From positions 592,329 through 656,328 of the forward strand of contig JBGAKR010000001.1 in assembly GCA_044224315.1 (NCBI GenBank): 64,000 nt of DNA, written 5' to 3'. Position 1 is the first letter of the stretch. Each line of letters begins with the position of its first letter. Source of the stretch: Bacteroidia bacterium (GTDB taxonomy: Bacteria; Bacteroidota; Bacteroidia; NS11-12g; UBA955). The notes under the pieces are model-generated. The model was not told the DNA's origin, did not search any database, and was given only the letters and a program-made list of their open reading frames with translations. A program made the translations under genes and the position numbers. Shown in pieces: positions 38,879 to 49,801 of this stretch.

Positions 38879-39916
38879 TTATGCTTCGCTGGCTTCGCCG
38901 GGTTGAACGGCAAGCACTTCGGCGCCTGTAGCAGTTTTGGCCCTGATTTTTGCCTCAATTTCTTTTAGCATTTCGGGGTTGTCTTCCAGCAATTCTTTTA
39001 CCGAATCGCGGCCCTGGCCCAATTTGGTGCCTTCATAGCTAAACCATGAACCACTTTTCTGAACCACGCCTGCATCTACGGCAATATCAAGCACTTCACC
39101 ACTTCGGCTAATGCCTTTTCCGTACATAATATCAAATTCCACCACGCGGAATGGAGGTGCTACTTTGTTTTTAGCCACCTTTACCTTGGTGCGGTTCCCA
39201 ATCATATCTTCACCATCCTTAATCTGGCCAATGCGGCGGATATCCAATCGCACAGAAGCGTAGAATTTAAGCGCATTACCACCGGTAGTAGTTTCGGGAT
39301 TGCCAAACATAACCCCAATTTTTTCGCGCAATTGGTTAATGAAAATGGCAATACAACCGGTTTTGCTGATGGTACCGGTAAGTTTTCGCAGCGCCTGACT
39401 CATCAAACGGGCTTGCAGACCCATTTTACTATCGCCCATATCACCCTCAATCTCGGCGCGTGGAACCAATGCGGCCACGGAGTCGATAACAATTACATCA
39501 ATGGCGCCTGAACGGATGAGATTATCGGCAATTTCCAAGCCTTGCTCCCCATCGTCGGGCTGAGATATCAGCAGGTTGGAAGTGTCGATGCCCAGTTTTT
39601 CGGCATAAAATTTATCAAAAGCGTGTTCTGCATCTACAAAGGCACAGATACCGCCTTTTTTTTGCGCCTGCGCAATGGTGTGCAGGGCAATTGTGGTTTT
39701 ACCAGAACTTTCAGGACCATAAATCTCAATAATACGGCCTCTGGGAAAACCGCCAACTCCCAGGGCAAGGTCAAGCCCGAAGGATCCGGTGGAAATTACG
39801 TCTACGTTCACAGAACGCGCGTCGTCCATCTTCATCACAACCCCCTTACCGTAAGTCTTTTCAAGTCTTTCGATGGTTTGCTTCAGGGCTTTCAGTTTTT
39901 CTTGTTGTTCACTCAT
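38879..39916 (-). CDS. recA: recombinase RecA
   Basis: [25 protein letters not shown]..., Walker [10 protein letters not shown], and the IDSVAAL and L1/L2 loop motifs. Start set at MSEQQ rather than the upstream alternative ATG. Confidence 0.95.
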   Translation of the reverse strand: MSEQQEKLKALKQTIERLEKTYGKGVVMKMDDARSVNVDVISTGSFGLDLALGVGGFPRGRIIEIYGPESSGKTTIALHTIAQAQKKGGICAFVDAEHAFDKFYAEKLGIDTSNLLISQPDDGEQGLEIADNLIRSGAIDVIVIDSVAALVPRAEIEGDMGDSKMGLQARLMSQALRKLTGTISKTGCIAIFINQLREKIGVMFGNPETTTGGNALKFYASVRLDIRRIGQIKDGEDMIGNRTKVKVAKNKVAPPFRVVEFDIMYGKGISRSGEVLDIAVDAGVVQKSGSWFSYEGTKLGQGRDSVKELLEDNPEMLKEIEAKIRAKTATGAEVLAVQPGEASEA

Positions 39917-40027
39917 AACGTTTCCTTTCTTTAACAAATTTACTTTTGGTTTTTTGATTTTGTACTTGCAAATAAAAAACAAATGTTTAATATATTTGCA
40001 TGGTGTTGATAATTATTTTAACAATTT

Positions 40028-40750
40028 ATGGAAGATAACCGACCGATTCATACCTGGAAAGAGGACGATAGACCAAGGGAAAAGCTACTTTTAAAAGGGC
40101 GTCATAGCCTTAGTGACGCTGAGTTACTGGCTATTATATTAGGCACAGGGTCGAGATATCGCGATGATAATGGCTTCGTAAAATCCAGATCGGCACTAGA
40201 CCTTGGCAAAGATATTCTGCACGCAGTTGACAATAATCTTATCAATTTAACCAAAACAACAGTAGCTGAGCTCACAAAAGTGAAGGGAATCGGCGAAGCT
40301 AAGGCAATTTCCATACTTGCCGCCCTCGAATTAGGGGTGCGTAGAAACTCTTTTGCCACCCAAAAGCCCAAACTTACATGCAGCAAAGATAGTTATATGC
40401 TGGTATGCCATATGATTCAGGATTTAACACATGAGGAATTTCATGCCATATTTATAAATAAGGGCAATTATGTTTTAAATGTCAAACGAATGAGCATTGG
40501 CGGAAGAAGCGCAACAATCATGGATCCGGGTCAGATTTTTAAGGAGGCGCTTAACCTCAATGCCAGCGGAATCGTACTTTGTCACAATCATCCCTCAGGC
40601 ACCCTGCGCCCCTCCGATGAGGATATTGCAATTACACGCAAATTAATAGAAGCGGGTTCCTTCCTGGATATCACCATTATAGACCATCTGATTATTTCCA
40701 GTCATGGTTACTACAGCTTCGGCGACAACGGAAAAATGAGCAGGGCTTAG
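40028..40750 (+). CDS. radC: RadC-family JAB/MPN domain protein (UPF0758)
   Basis: N-terminal HhH region, the JAMM motif HNHPSGTLRPSDEDIAITRKL, and the conserved E. Confidence 0.85.
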   Translation: MEDNRPIHTWKEDDRPREKLLLKGRHSLSDAELLAIILGTGSRYRDDNGFVKSRSALDLGKDILHAVDNNLINLTKTTVAELTKVKGIGEAKAISILAALELGVRRNSFATQKPKLTCSKDSYMLVCHMIQDLTHEEFHAIFINKGNYVLNVKRMSIGGRSATIMDPGQIFKEALNLNASGIVLCHNHPSGTLRPSDEDIAITRKLIEAGSFLDITIIDHLIISSHGYYSFGDNGKMSRA

Positions 40751-40790
40751 GTTTTTGGATATTCTTTAGGTACTCCCTTATTTTTGTGGA

Positions 40791-41297
40791 GTGAAAAAAT
40801 TTATCCCTCTGTTTCTCCTTACTGCTTTGCTACTCATATTTATACAAGCCTGTAAAGGCGTGTTGCGAAAAGAATGTAAATCAGACTATGCCAGCGAACA
40901 AGGCATTATTACCCGCAAAATTAACGACGGCTGTTATCCAAGTCTCAATTTTCCAGATAACCTCGAAAAACGCTGGGTAATTACCCGAAAATCGAGCTGG
41001 GACAGTGCCTGGACCGATTATGAAGATAAATACACCCAAAGCTGTGATACCCCGGTTGTGGATTTTAATACCGAATCGGTTCTGGTATTCTATCATGGTA
41101 ACGGTCATGGCATTAAAAACGTAAGATCCGTAACCAAAGACGACGGCAAAAAAAACATCCATTACAAAATCACCGACTACGATTGCAATAAAAAACGCGC
41201 TGTTACTAAAGAGTATATTGTGAGTTACAACATGGTGGTGATACCTAAAATTCCCGATGGATACAGTGTAACATTCGAAATCAGCGAAGGAAATTAA
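40791..41297 (+). CDS. small Cys-containing lipoprotein, paralog family member B
   Basis: Lipobox IQAC. SSWDSAW, VDFNTESVL, and C-terminal VVIPKIPDGYSV. Tandem with member C. Confidence 0.5.
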   Translation: MKKFIPLFLLTALLLIFIQACKGVLRKECKSDYASEQGIITRKINDGCYPSLNFPDNLEKRWVITRKSSWDSAWTDYEDKYTQSCDTPVVDFNTESVLVFYHGNGHGIKNVRSVTKDDGKKNIHYKITDYDCNKKRAVTKEYIVSYNMVVIPKIPDGYSVTFEISEGN

Positions 41298-41780
41298 ATG
41301 CAGTACCGGTATCTCTTTCTAAGCGCCCTGCTTACCTTGCTCGTTGCCAATGGATGCAGGCGTTGGTTCCATGCCGAATGCCGCAGCGGCTACCAGGTAA
41401 ACCGGGGCGAAATAGTAATTTCGCTGGTGTACAACTGCCTTGTCTTTGATCCCGACGCCACCGGAGACACAACCGCTTATACCCGCCAAAGCCAGTGGGA
41501 CTCACTATGGGTAAACCTTGCTGCAAAATATGGAAACGGATGCCCCAAACCCAACATCGACTTCAATACAAACTCGGTACTTACTTATTTCCAACAGTAC
41601 GAAAACAAGTACAAAATCATCCGCGAAGTCAATTTCGATCACACCAATAAAGAGGTAATTTACACCATTACCCAATTCAGATGCTCCAATGGAAACAGCA
41701 TGGGGATGAACGAAAATCTGGTGGTGATTCCCAAAATTCCAGCCGGCTACAAAGTGGTTTGGAAAACCGTCACCCACTAG
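41298..41780 (+). CDS. small Cys-containing lipoprotein, paralog family member C
   Basis: Lipobox ANGC. SQWDSLW, IDFNTNSVL, and C-terminal VVIPKIPAGYKV. Its start codon immediately follows the stop of member B. Confidence 0.5.
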   Translation: MQYRYLFLSALLTLLVANGCRRWFHAECRSGYQVNRGEIVISLVYNCLVFDPDATGDTTAYTRQSQWDSLWVNLAAKYGNGCPKPNIDFNTNSVLTYFQQYENKYKIIREVNFDHTNKEVIYTITQFRCSNGNSMGMNENLVVIPKIPAGYKVVWKTVTH

Positions 41781-41878
41781 GGTTTTAAACAAATCTGCGA
41801 CGCACGCTAACAACTGTTAGCATTTTGGTTTTGGAGCCTTAAAAAATTGCCCTTAAATCATTAACTTCGCAGCGAATT

Positions 41879-44770
41879 ATGAACCTCAACACTCGCTATT
41901 CCGAAAGATTTGAAGACCGCCATATCGGTCCACGCCAGTCTGACCTGAAAGCCATGCTCGACACAATCGGGGTGGGCAGTTTAGACGGATTAATTGATAA
42001 AACCATTCCTGCCGGTATTCGCTTGCCAAAACCCTTGCATACCGGTGCCCCCATGTCTGAGCCAGAGTTTCTGGAAATGCTGAAAGACAAGGCATCACGC
42101 AATAAAATCTTTAAAAACTACATCGGTATGGGCTACTACGGTACCCATGTTCCCGGTGTAATTCTCAGAAATATCATGGAAAACCCGGGCTGGTATACCC
42201 AATACACCCCTTACCAGGCCGAAATTGCCCAGGGTCGTTTGGAAGCTCTGCTCAACTATCAAACCATGATTATCGACCTTACCGGAATGGAAATCGCCAA
42301 TGCATCATTGCTCGACGAAGCCACCGCTGCCGCCGAATCCATACACATGTTCCTGGATCTGGCTCCCAAAGGTCAGGGCATGAAATTTTTTGTAGATAAC
42401 GACATTTTCCCCCAAACCAAAGACGTGCTCATTACCCGCGCCGAACCTATCGGTGTAGAGTTGGTTTTTGGCGATTACAAAACATTCCAACCCGATACCA
42501 CTTTCTTTGGTGCCATTGTTCAATATCCCAACGATAAAGGTAGTATAGAAGATTACCGCGGTTTTGCTGCCAATTGCAAAGCCCATAATGTAAAAACCTG
42601 CTTTATTGCCGATATTCTGGCACTTACTGTTTTAACCCCTCCGGGTGAATTTGGTGCCGATTGTGTTGTAGGTTCAACCCAGCGTTTTGGTGTTCCTATG
42701 GGTTTTGGTGGTCCGCACGCCGCTTACATGGCTGCCCGCGACGAGCACAAACGCCACATGCCCGGCCGTATTATCGGGGTGAGTGTAGACCGCCACGGAA
42801 ACCGCGCCCTGCGCATGGCCTTGCAAACCCGCGAACAGCATATCAAACGCCAGAATGCCACTTCAAACATTTGCACCGCCCAGGTATTGCTGAGCATTAT
42901 GGCCGGTATGTATGGCACTTACCACGGACCCGATGGATTGAAAAAAATCGCCGGTCGTGTGCATGCCCTTACCAGTGAATTGGCCCGCGGCATTGAAGCT
43001 ACCTCAGGAGTGTTCAAGGTAGAAAACAAAACCTTCTTCGATACCCTGTATGTGGCAGTACCCAATGCAGGCACAATCAAAGCCCTGGCCACTGCTCAAA
43101 ACATAAACCTGCGCTATTTCGATGATCAGCATGTGGGTATTTCAATAGATGAAACCACCACCGCTGATGATGTGCATTTATTGCTCGAAATTTTCCGCAA
43201 AGCCTGCGACGGTGCCTCTGTATCTGTTTCTGATACTGCCGAAAGCCGTATCCCAGCCGAGTTTGTGCGCCAAAGCAACTTCATGTTGCACCCCGTGTTC
43301 AATACCTACCAAAGTGAGCACGAAATGTTGCGCTACATCCGCGGCCTCGAAACCAAAGACCTTAGCCTTTGCCATAGCATGATCAGCCTGGGCAGCTGCA
43401 CCATGAAACTCAATGCTACCACCGAAATGATTCCGGTAACCTGGCCCGAGTTTAATGCCTTGCACCCTTTTGCACCACTTGAGCAAGCTATCGGATACCT
43501 CGAAATAATCAATGAACTGAGCAAAGACCTCTGCGAAATCACCGGTTTTGCCGCTATGAGTCTGCAACCCAACGCAGGTTCTCAAGGCGAATACGCAGGT
43601 TTGATGGTAATCCGCGAATACTTCAAAGGCATAGGCCAAAGCCACCGCAACATAGCATTGATTCCAAGCAGTGCGCACGGTACCAACCCTGCCAGCGCCG
43701 TTATGGCCGGTATGGAAGTAGTGGTAACCAAATGCGATGAAAACGGAAATATCGACCTGGAAGACCTGCGCAATCAGGCCCAGAAACATAAAGACAACCT
43801 GGCTTGCCTGATGGTTACTTACCCAAGTACCCACGGGGTTTTTGAAAGTGCCATTAAAGACATTACCGGCATGATTCACGAGTTTGGCGGTCAGGTATAT
43901 ATGGACGGTGCCAATATGAATGCCCAGGTAGGTTTAACCAGCCCCGGTATGATTGGTGCCGACGTTTGTCACCTTAATCTGCACAAAACCTTCTGCATCC
44001 CACACGGGGGTGGTGGACCTGGCATGGGCCCCATTGGCGTGGCTGCCCACCTGGCACCATACCTGCCCGGCCATGCAGTGGTTAAAACCGGTGGAGATAA
44101 AGGAATGCACGCAGTAAGTGCTGCTCCCTGGGGCAGTGCCAGCATTCTGCTGATTTCTTATGCCTACATTAAAATGATGGGAGGCGAAGGCCTTACCAAT
44201 GCTACCAAATATGCCATTCTTAATGCCAACTACATGAAAGCCCGCCTGCAAGGCGAGTATCCAGTATTGTACAGCGGCGAAAACGGTTTTGCAGCCCACG
44301 AAATGATTTTGGATACCCGCAAATTCAAAACCTCTGCAGGTGTTGAAGCCGGTGATTTTGCAAAACGTTTGATGGACTATGGTTTCCACGCACCCACCGT
44401 TTCTTTCCCTGTTGCTGGTACCCTGATGGTAGAACCCACCGAAAGCGAAAGCAAAGAAGAACTGGATCGTTTCTGCGAAGCCATGCTGGCCATCCGCGAA
44501 GAAATCCGCGAAATTGAAGAGGGCAAAGCCGATAAAGAAGACAATGTGCTGAAAATGGCGCCCCATACTGCCATGGAACTGGTAAGCAACAGCTGGTCAC
44601 ACCCCTACAGCCGCGAAAAAGCCGCCTATCCTGCACCCTATGTAGCCGCCAAAAAATTCTGGCCCTCTGTTGCCCGTGTAAACGACACCTATGGCGACAG
44701 AAACCTGGTTTGCGCATGCTTGCCCATAGAAGCATACATGGAAAACGCAGCCCAACCAGCTACTGCCTAA
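41879..44770 (+). CDS. gcvP: glycine dehydrogenase (decarboxylating), single-chain P-protein of the glycine cleavage system
   Basis: 963 aa with both N- and C-terminal halves. The PLP-lysine region [19 protein letters not shown] is present. Confidence 0.95.
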   Translation: MNLNTRYSERFEDRHIGPRQSDLKAMLDTIGVGSLDGLIDKTIPAGIRLPKPLHTGAPMSEPEFLEMLKDKASRNKIFKNYIGMGYYGTHVPGVILRNIMENPGWYTQYTPYQAEIAQGRLEALLNYQTMIIDLTGMEIANASLLDEATAAAESIHMFLDLAPKGQGMKFFVDNDIFPQTKDVLITRAEPIGVELVFGDYKTFQPDTTFFGAIVQYPNDKGSIEDYRGFAANCKAHNVKTCFIADILALTVLTPPGEFGADCVVGSTQRFGVPMGFGGPHAAYMAARDEHKRHMPGRIIGVSVDRHGNRALRMALQTREQHIKRQNATSNICTAQVLLSIMAGMYGTYHGPDGLKKIAGRVHALTSELARGIEATSGVFKVENKTFFDTLYVAVPNAGTIKALATAQNINLRYFDDQHVGISIDETTTADDVHLLLEIFRKACDGASVSVSDTAESRIPAEFVRQSNFMLHPVFNTYQSEHEMLRYIRGLETKDLSLCHSMISLGSCTMKLNATTEMIPVTWPEFNALHPFAPLEQAIGYLEIINELSKDLCEITGFAAMSLQPNAGSQGEYAGLMVIREYFKGIGQSHRNIALIPSSAHGTNPASAVMAGMEVVVTKCDENGNIDLEDLRNQAQKHKDNLACLMVTYPSTHGVFESAIKDITGMIHEFGGQVYMDGANMNAQVGLTSPGMIGADVCHLNLHKTFCIPHGGGGPGMGPIGVAAHLAPYLPGHAVVKTGGDKGMHAVSAAPWGSASILLISYAYIKMMGGEGLTNATKYAILNANYMKARLQGEYPVLYSGENGFAAHEMILDTRKFKTSAGVEAGDFAKRLMDYGFHAPTVSFPVAGTLMVEPTESESKEELDRFCEAMLAIREEIREIEEGKADKEDNVLKMAPHTAMELVSNSWSHPYSREKAAYPAPYVAAKKFWPSVARVNDTYGDRNLVCACLPIEAYMENAAQPATA

Positions 44771-44893
44771 TCTTATAAAAAAAACATCACAAAAAGCCGG
44801 GCCATTGGGCTTGGCTTTTTTATGCCATACAGTTTCTATCCAATCTTCTCCGATCAGCGTTGATGCATGGCAAACCTTTTTACAAAGCAAAAC

Positions 44894-45212
44894 AACTCCG
44901 AAGGAGTTCATCACCCAGTTTAAAGCACGTCGCAAAAGCCTAGAACTCCGAAGGAGTTTATTACTCAGTATAAGCCGAGCAGCAAAAGCCAAGAACTCCG
45001 AAGGAGTTCATTACTCAGTGCAGGCCGCGCAGCAAAAGCCACAGAACTCAGAAGGAGTTCATTACTCAGTATAAGCTCCGTAGCGAAAGAGAAAGAACTC
45101 CGAAGGAGTCCATTACTCAGTATAAGCCAAGCAGCAAAAGCCAAAGAACTCCGAAGGAGTTCATTACTCAGTATAAGCCACGCAGCAAAAGCAAAAGAAC
45201 TCCGAAGGAGTT
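44894..45212. repeat. tandem array of seven ~51-bp repeats, each starting with the perfect 15-nt palindrome AACTCCGAAGGAGTT (REP-like)
   Basis: Copies start at 44894, 44944, 44994, 45045, 45096, 45147 and 45198. The whole unit is conserved (consensus AACTCCGAAGGAGTTCATTACTCAGTATAAGCCnnGCAGCAAAAGCCAAAG). The last copy is truncated. Confidence 0.85.
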
Positions 45213-45304
45213 CATTAAAGTCTCCCTGTCAAATAAAAAAACTTGCACTTCCCCCTTTTTGTATATATATTAGATAAATAATTTATGCTAATATTTTTAT
45301 CAAT

Positions 45305-45751
45305 ATGAGTACCTACACACAAATTCTTTATCAAATCGTTTTTGCAACCCACAACAGATTACCCGTCTTACACAAATCAAACAGAGACCAACTTTACAAA
45401 CTCATCTGGAAAATTCTGGAAGACCACAAATGCCATCCGTACTACATAAACGGAGTAGAAGATCATATTCATATCGCAACAGACCTGCATCCTTCAGTCG
45501 CATTGTCAAACCTTGTGAAAGACATCAAGGTTATTACCACCAAAGCCATTAAAGAGCATAAGTTATTCCCTCATTTTATCTGCTGGCAGGAAGGCTATGG
45601 CGCTTTTACATACAGTATCAAGGATAAAGATAAACTGTTAAAATATATTTTAAATCAGGAAATACACCACCAATCCGATTCTTCCAAAAAAGAATTATTT
45701 ACACTACTAAATGAGCACCTCGTGCAGTACGATCTCAAATATTTGTATTAA
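45305..45751 (+). CDS. IS200/IS605-family Y1 (HUH) transposase of the REP-associated tyrosine transposase (RAYT) type
   Basis: YQIVFATHNRLPVL (RAYT-type N-terminal motif), HUH motif EDHIHIATDL, and the catalytic Tyr region CWQEGYGAFTY (WQ..Y as in RAYTs). 148 aa. Confidence 0.75.
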   Translation: MSTYTQILYQIVFATHNRLPVLHKSNRDQLYKLIWKILEDHKCHPYYINGVEDHIHIATDLHPSVALSNLVKDIKVITTKAIKEHKLFPHFICWQEGYGAFTYSIKDKDKLLKYILNQEIHHQSDSSKKELFTLLNEHLVQYDLKYLY

Positions 45752-45813
45752 CATCACTGCCGGAGGATTTCGCCAATTACCCCTGCTGAGTCCCTATTTT
45801 TCCAGGCACTATT

Positions 45814-47301
45814 TTGTACCTTCGCAGGCCCATGGTGCCCAATTCAAAAACGTATTTCAACTGGTTTCTGTTGTTTTATGCCTTATGGGGTTTCTACACC
45901 ATGCCCGATTATGGGGTACCCCTGGATGAGTTAACCCAGCGCAGCATTGGCATTGAAAATAACCGTTTCCTTGTTACCGGAAACCCCGGTGGAATAGAAG
46001 CCCATGGCCCCTTTGGCCCCGCTTTTGAATCGGTTTCATACCTGCTTGAACAAATTATTTACACCCAACCCATACAGTACAAATTGTACCTGCGGCATAT
46101 TCTGCTTTTTAGTATTTTTTTATTGGCATTGCGATGTTTTTATTTCATTGGAAAACGCCTGTTTAAAAAACCCAATGTAGCCGGCATCAGCGCCGCATCC
46201 CTGGCACTTTATCCACCCTTATTTGTACATACACATATCAATAGCAAAGACAGTTTATTTACCTGCTTGGTAATATTTTCGATATACTTTTTTATTCGTT
46301 TTTTTGAATCCAAAAAAATCCCACATCTGGTTTTTACTGCCTTGATGGTAGGGCTAGCTTGCACCCTTCGCATTACAGGCCTGATGCTGCTTTTTGCATT
46401 ATCCACAGGCCTATTCTTCCGCAAAGAAATCAATGCGAAATCCTTACTAAAATACAATGTCATTTTAATTGCACTTTCACTCACCTTTTTTTACCTGTTT
46501 TTTCCCTATTTGTGGTTGCATCCTGTAGAAGGCATTTATCGGATATTTGTATATACAAGTAACAATCCCTGGCCATCAGAAACGCTTTGCGCCGGGCAGT
46601 GGATCATTCCCGGACATGCCCCCTGGTGGTATTTGCCGGTATGGATGGGCGTAACAATTCCATTGGTTTCATTGCTGGTTTTTATAATGGGAATATGGCT
46701 GGTTTTTACCAATAAAATACTCCGTAGCAATGCCAGTATTCTCATCATTCTACTTACTTTTTTTATTCCATTATTAACCGTAATGGTTTTAAAACCCACG
46801 CTATACGATGGGTGGAGGCATTTTCAGTTTTTAATTGTGCCCCTGATTTTAATATCTGGTTTCGGGCTCGAATTTATACTCAAAGGAAAATATACCCGCC
46901 TCTACAGTTGGGGCATTGCGGGATATGCGGCCATCACCTTTTTTATGTGGAACCCCTTCGGCTATGTGTATATGAACGAAATTTATGCTGCCACATGCAA
47001 ACCCAATACTTTTGCCCAGGACTACTGGGGCCTTAGCGCAAAACCCGCCCTTGAGTGGATTGCAAAAACCGATACTGCAGCTAAAATAAATGTGTATTCA
47101 TTTACCGAATCACCTGCACTGAACAACCTTTACTTGCCCGAAAAAACCCGCAATCGGTTTGCATTTACTTCAAGCACTGATTCGGCAAATTACCGCATAG
47201 AGTTGCGTCGTTCTGTGCACTTTGGAAAAAATATAGGAAGTGAGGTTTATAGCATTTGCCCCATGCGCGATACCATATTGCGTATCGAAAAATTGAAATA
47301 A
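45814..47301 (+). CDS. polytopic membrane glycosyltransferase of the GT39/GT83 (PMT/ArnT-like) type
   Basis: About 11 TM helices. A DE motif in the first loop (GVPLDELTQRS), and a C-terminal soluble domain. Next to a GT9 heptosyltransferase gene. Confidence 0.45.
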   Translation: MYLRRPMVPNSKTYFNWFLLFYALWGFYTMPDYGVPLDELTQRSIGIENNRFLVTGNPGGIEAHGPFGPAFESVSYLLEQIIYTQPIQYKLYLRHILLFSIFLLALRCFYFIGKRLFKKPNVAGISAASLALYPPLFVHTHINSKDSLFTCLVIFSIYFFIRFFESKKIPHLVFTALMVGLACTLRITGLMLLFALSTGLFFRKEINAKSLLKYNVILIALSLTFFYLFFPYLWLHPVEGIYRIFVYTSNNPWPSETLCAGQWIIPGHAPWWYLPVWMGVTIPLVSLLVFIMGIWLVFTNKILRSNASILIILLTFFIPLLTVMVLKPTLYDGWRHFQFLIVPLILISGFGLEFILKGKYTRLYSWGIAGYAAITFFMWNPFGYVYMNEIYAATCKPNTFAQDYWGLSAKPALEWIAKTDTAAKINVYSFTESPALNNLYLPEKTRNRFAFTSSTDSANYRIELRRSVHFGKNIGSEVYSICPMRDTILRIEKLK

Positions 47302-47302
47302 A

Positions 47303-48325
47303 TTAATTCAGTATTTCTGCAATTTTCAACCTTACCTCAGCTTCAGTAATGCGCTGCATGCAAGTATTTTCGGCGTGCACACAATGCACCTGATCGCAGG
47401 GATTGCACTCCAGCACATGGTGAATAATAGCAGCTTTGGGATTGCGCGGATAAAACACATCCTTAACGCCCGGACCAAACAATCCCAACAATGGGGTTTC
47501 CATCACATCGGCAATTTGCATGGGACCGCTTTCGTTGCCGATAAACAGGCTCGCCCTTTTGCACAATTCGGCCAGGTCTAACAAATCAAAATTACGGGTA
47601 AATAATACAGCCTTTTGTTGCATCATTTCTGTAATTTTTTGGATTTGATTTTCTTCTTCTTCAATACCTGCAAATACGACTTGCATGCCTTTTTCCTGTA
47701 TCAGCCAATCGGCTGTGTGGGCAAAGCCTGCATCGGTCCAGCGACGCAATTGGCGGCGTGCCCCGGCATGGATTACGCAGAAATTCGTAAGCCCGTTTTC
47801 CGCCACAAATTGGTTTATTTTTTCAATGTTTTTTTCGCTCGGATATAAAGTAGGCTTGCAATTTTCTATGCCGCCCAATACCGGTGCAATAATTTTGTAA
47901 TTGGTAATGGTTTCGTGCAATTGTTGGCCGCGTTGTTGCATTCTTATTTCGCCCCTATCAAAGCGCAGCCTGGGATAGTAGCGAAAAGTTTTAAAAAGGG
48001 TACTCCATGTGCCGCGCAATTCTACCACCATATCGTAGCGCTTATTCCATGCACTTAAATCGGTAAATACCTGATTGATATATGGATTATTTTCCAATAA
48101 ACCCGCGCTGTATTTTTTGGTTATTACATCAATTTTTGATTCAGGAAAACGCTTTTTTAATAGTTCAAAAACGTGGGTACAGGCAGCCATATCACCAATC
48201 TCGTCCCACTTGATACACAAAATGGTATCGGGGTAATATTTTTCAATATCCTTGCCGCTGTTTACCCAGCGCGATACCAGCATATTGCATAAATACAACC
48301 ATTGTTCGGCGCTTGGAAACCTCAT
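47303..48325 (-). CDS. glycosyltransferase family 9 (LPS heptosyltransferase-like)
   Basis: ILCIKWDEIGDMAACTHVFELLKKRFPESKIDVI, the GT9 N-terminus, and the C-terminal GNESGPMQIA motif. Confidence 0.75.
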   Translation of the reverse strand: MRFPSAEQWLYLCNMLVSRWVNSGKDIEKYYPDTILCIKWDEIGDMAACTHVFELLKKRFPESKIDVITKKYSAGLLENNPYINQVFTDLSAWNKRYDMVVELRGTWSTLFKTFRYYPRLRFDRGEIRMQQRGQQLHETITNYKIIAPVLGGIENCKPTLYPSEKNIEKINQFVAENGLTNFCVIHAGARRQLRRWTDAGFAHTADWLIQEKGMQVVFAGIEEEENQIQKITEMMQQKAVLFTRNFDLLDLAELCKRASLFIGNESGPMQIADVMETPLLGLFGPGVKDVFYPRNPKAAIIHHVLECNPCDQVHCVHAENTCMQRITEAEVRLKIAEILN

Positions 48326-49078
48326 TTATACCTGCCTAAGGGGTGAAATTATGGGGCGCGAAGGACTGGCATCACTCTCTACCGCAGCAAACTGCAGGTT
48401 TAAAAAATACAAACCATCCTTGCATTTATCGGGTACAAAAATCAATTCGGTAATGCTGGCATCCATGCGGGGTTTAGCCGGATAATTCCACCACACATGA
48501 TGGGCCACCAGGGCGCCTTCATCCTCTTCACGGTCCACCGAAGGAAAATCGGTAAGCAAATGCTTAAACCCATGGTCGCGAAAAACACGCAACACTTCCG
48601 GTTCAAAATAGGGCGGATTGTTGGCCGACCAATGCATGCTTTTTTTACTGCGGGCATTGGGCATGCTACGCACAATAATGGCATCGGTATTTTGCAGCTC
48701 AAGGCCTTTTAAAGCTTCCAGGTTTATTACCTTATCCCCATCTGCCCGCTTGGTTACGGGCAGGGTAATAAGTTGGGCGGTTAAAAAATGCTTTTTAATG
48801 CAATTGTTAACGCTTTGGTGCTCTTTGGTAATGTGCCCAATGCATTCGGTATGGGTGCCGTTGCCATGGGGGCAGAAATACACCATATCGCAATTTGCCC
48901 CGCTACCCGCCGCCACACTGCCCACAAAACTACCCACCTGAATGGGTTTAATTTCTGCATGCGGAATCTGAAAAGCATTGGGATTGTCGCCCCCGGGCCC
49001 AAAGCCCAGCGAAAGATCTACGCCCTTGCTCATATCGGCCCGGTAAGGAACCCCATCAATATCGCAAAAAACAATCAC
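48326..49078 (-). CDS. cyclase-family protein (kynurenine formamidase-like metal hydrolase)
   Basis: HxGTHxD-type motif in CPHGNGTHTECIGHIT, about 250 aa. Confidence 0.6.
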   Translation of the reverse strand: MIVFCDIDGVPYRADMSKGVDLSLGFGPGGDNPNAFQIPHAEIKPIQVGSFVGSVAAGSGANCDMVYFCPHGNGTHTECIGHITKEHQSVNNCIKKHFLTAQLITLPVTKRADGDKVINLEALKGLELQNTDAIIVRSMPNARSKKSMHWSANNPPYFEPEVLRVFRDHGFKHLLTDFPSVDREEDEGALVAHHVWWNYPAKPRMDASITELIFVPDKCKDGLYFLNLQFAAVESDASPSRPIISPLRQV

Positions 49079-49155
49079 TGTGCGAAGTTAGCGGATATCA
49101 ATACATTTTGAATTAATTCAAAATTCCTAAAAAAACATAAATAATAAATTTAAAA

Positions 49156-49746
49156 TCACATTTCAATGCCTCTTCTCCCATTCACCGCCTTATCCAGCAT
49201 GGCCATATATTCATCATGCTCTACCTCATAGGCACCAAATTGCAGCAGGTGGGGATTTAAATATTGGGTATCGAGCAATTGAAAGTTTTGTTCGCGCAAA
49301 AAATCCACCAAAAACACCAGGGCCAGTTTGCTGGCATCGCGCACAAAGTGAAACATGCTTTCGCCAAAAAATGCCTTGCCTATCGAAATACCATACAGTC
49401 CCCCTGCCAACTCCCCGTTTTGCCATACCTCAAAACTATGGGCAAAGCCCAGCTGATTCATTTCGATATAAGCATCGATAATTTCACCCGAAATCCAGGT
49501 ATCATCATCCCGGTTATAAGTGCAGGCGTGGATTACGGTTTCAAAATCGCGGTTGATGAAGTACTCAAAATTGCCATTGCGATACAGGCGAGCCAGGTTT
49601 TTCGACAATTTAAACCTCTCATCCAGCGGAATAATGCCCCTTACTGCCGGAGTATGCCAGTAAATGGCATTGCCCTGATCGGGGTGGGCCATAGGAAACG
49701 CCCCGTTGAGGTAAGCCTGCAGCAATAACTCCGGATTTAGAAACAT
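49156..49746 (-). CDS. aat: leucyl/phenylalanyl-tRNA--protein transferase
   Basis: YLNGAFPMAHPD...IYWHTPAVRGIIPLDERFKLSKNLARL...SFEVWQNGELAGGLYGISIGKAFFGESMF. Confidence 0.85.
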   Translation of the reverse strand: MFLNPELLLQAYLNGAFPMAHPDQGNAIYWHTPAVRGIIPLDERFKLSKNLARLYRNGNFEYFINRDFETVIHACTYNRDDDTWISGEIIDAYIEMNQLGFAHSFEVWQNGELAGGLYGISIGKAFFGESMFHFVRDASKLALVFLVDFLREQNFQLLDTQYLNPHLLQFGAYEVEHDEYMAMLDKAVNGRRGIEM

Positions 49747-49801
49747 GGATTTGCAAAAATGCGAAAATCAACGGGAAGTATGTTGTTTTTTTGCACCCGG
49801 A

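Noticed and set aside
41781-41878. Possible glycine riboswitch upstream of gcvP
   Set aside because: The spacer is only 98 nt and contains a simple hairpin (GCTAAC-AACT-GTTAGC). The conserved glycine-aptamer cores are not present.
43178-43879. Long antisense ORFs inside gcvP (43178..43879 -, 43934..44566 -, 44597..44992 -) and inside the OmpA-family gene (20194..20985 +), the aminopeptidase (22609..23133 +, 23323..24030 +), and the cox genes
   Set aside because: These are typical stop-codon-poor antisense frames of GC-richer genes. They have no motifs and are fully embedded in well-supported genes.
44805-45074. ORF 44805..45074 (+) with repeated NSEGVHYSV peptide
   Set aside because: It is simply the translation of the tandem DNA repeat. 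It is not a gene.
44894-45212. Repeat array considered as a possible CRISPR array
   Set aside because: The ~35-nt segments between the palindromes are themselves conserved from unit to unit, and the repeat unit is ~51 bp. The whole unit is a tandem repeat, not constant repeats separated by unique spacers, and no cas genes are nearby.
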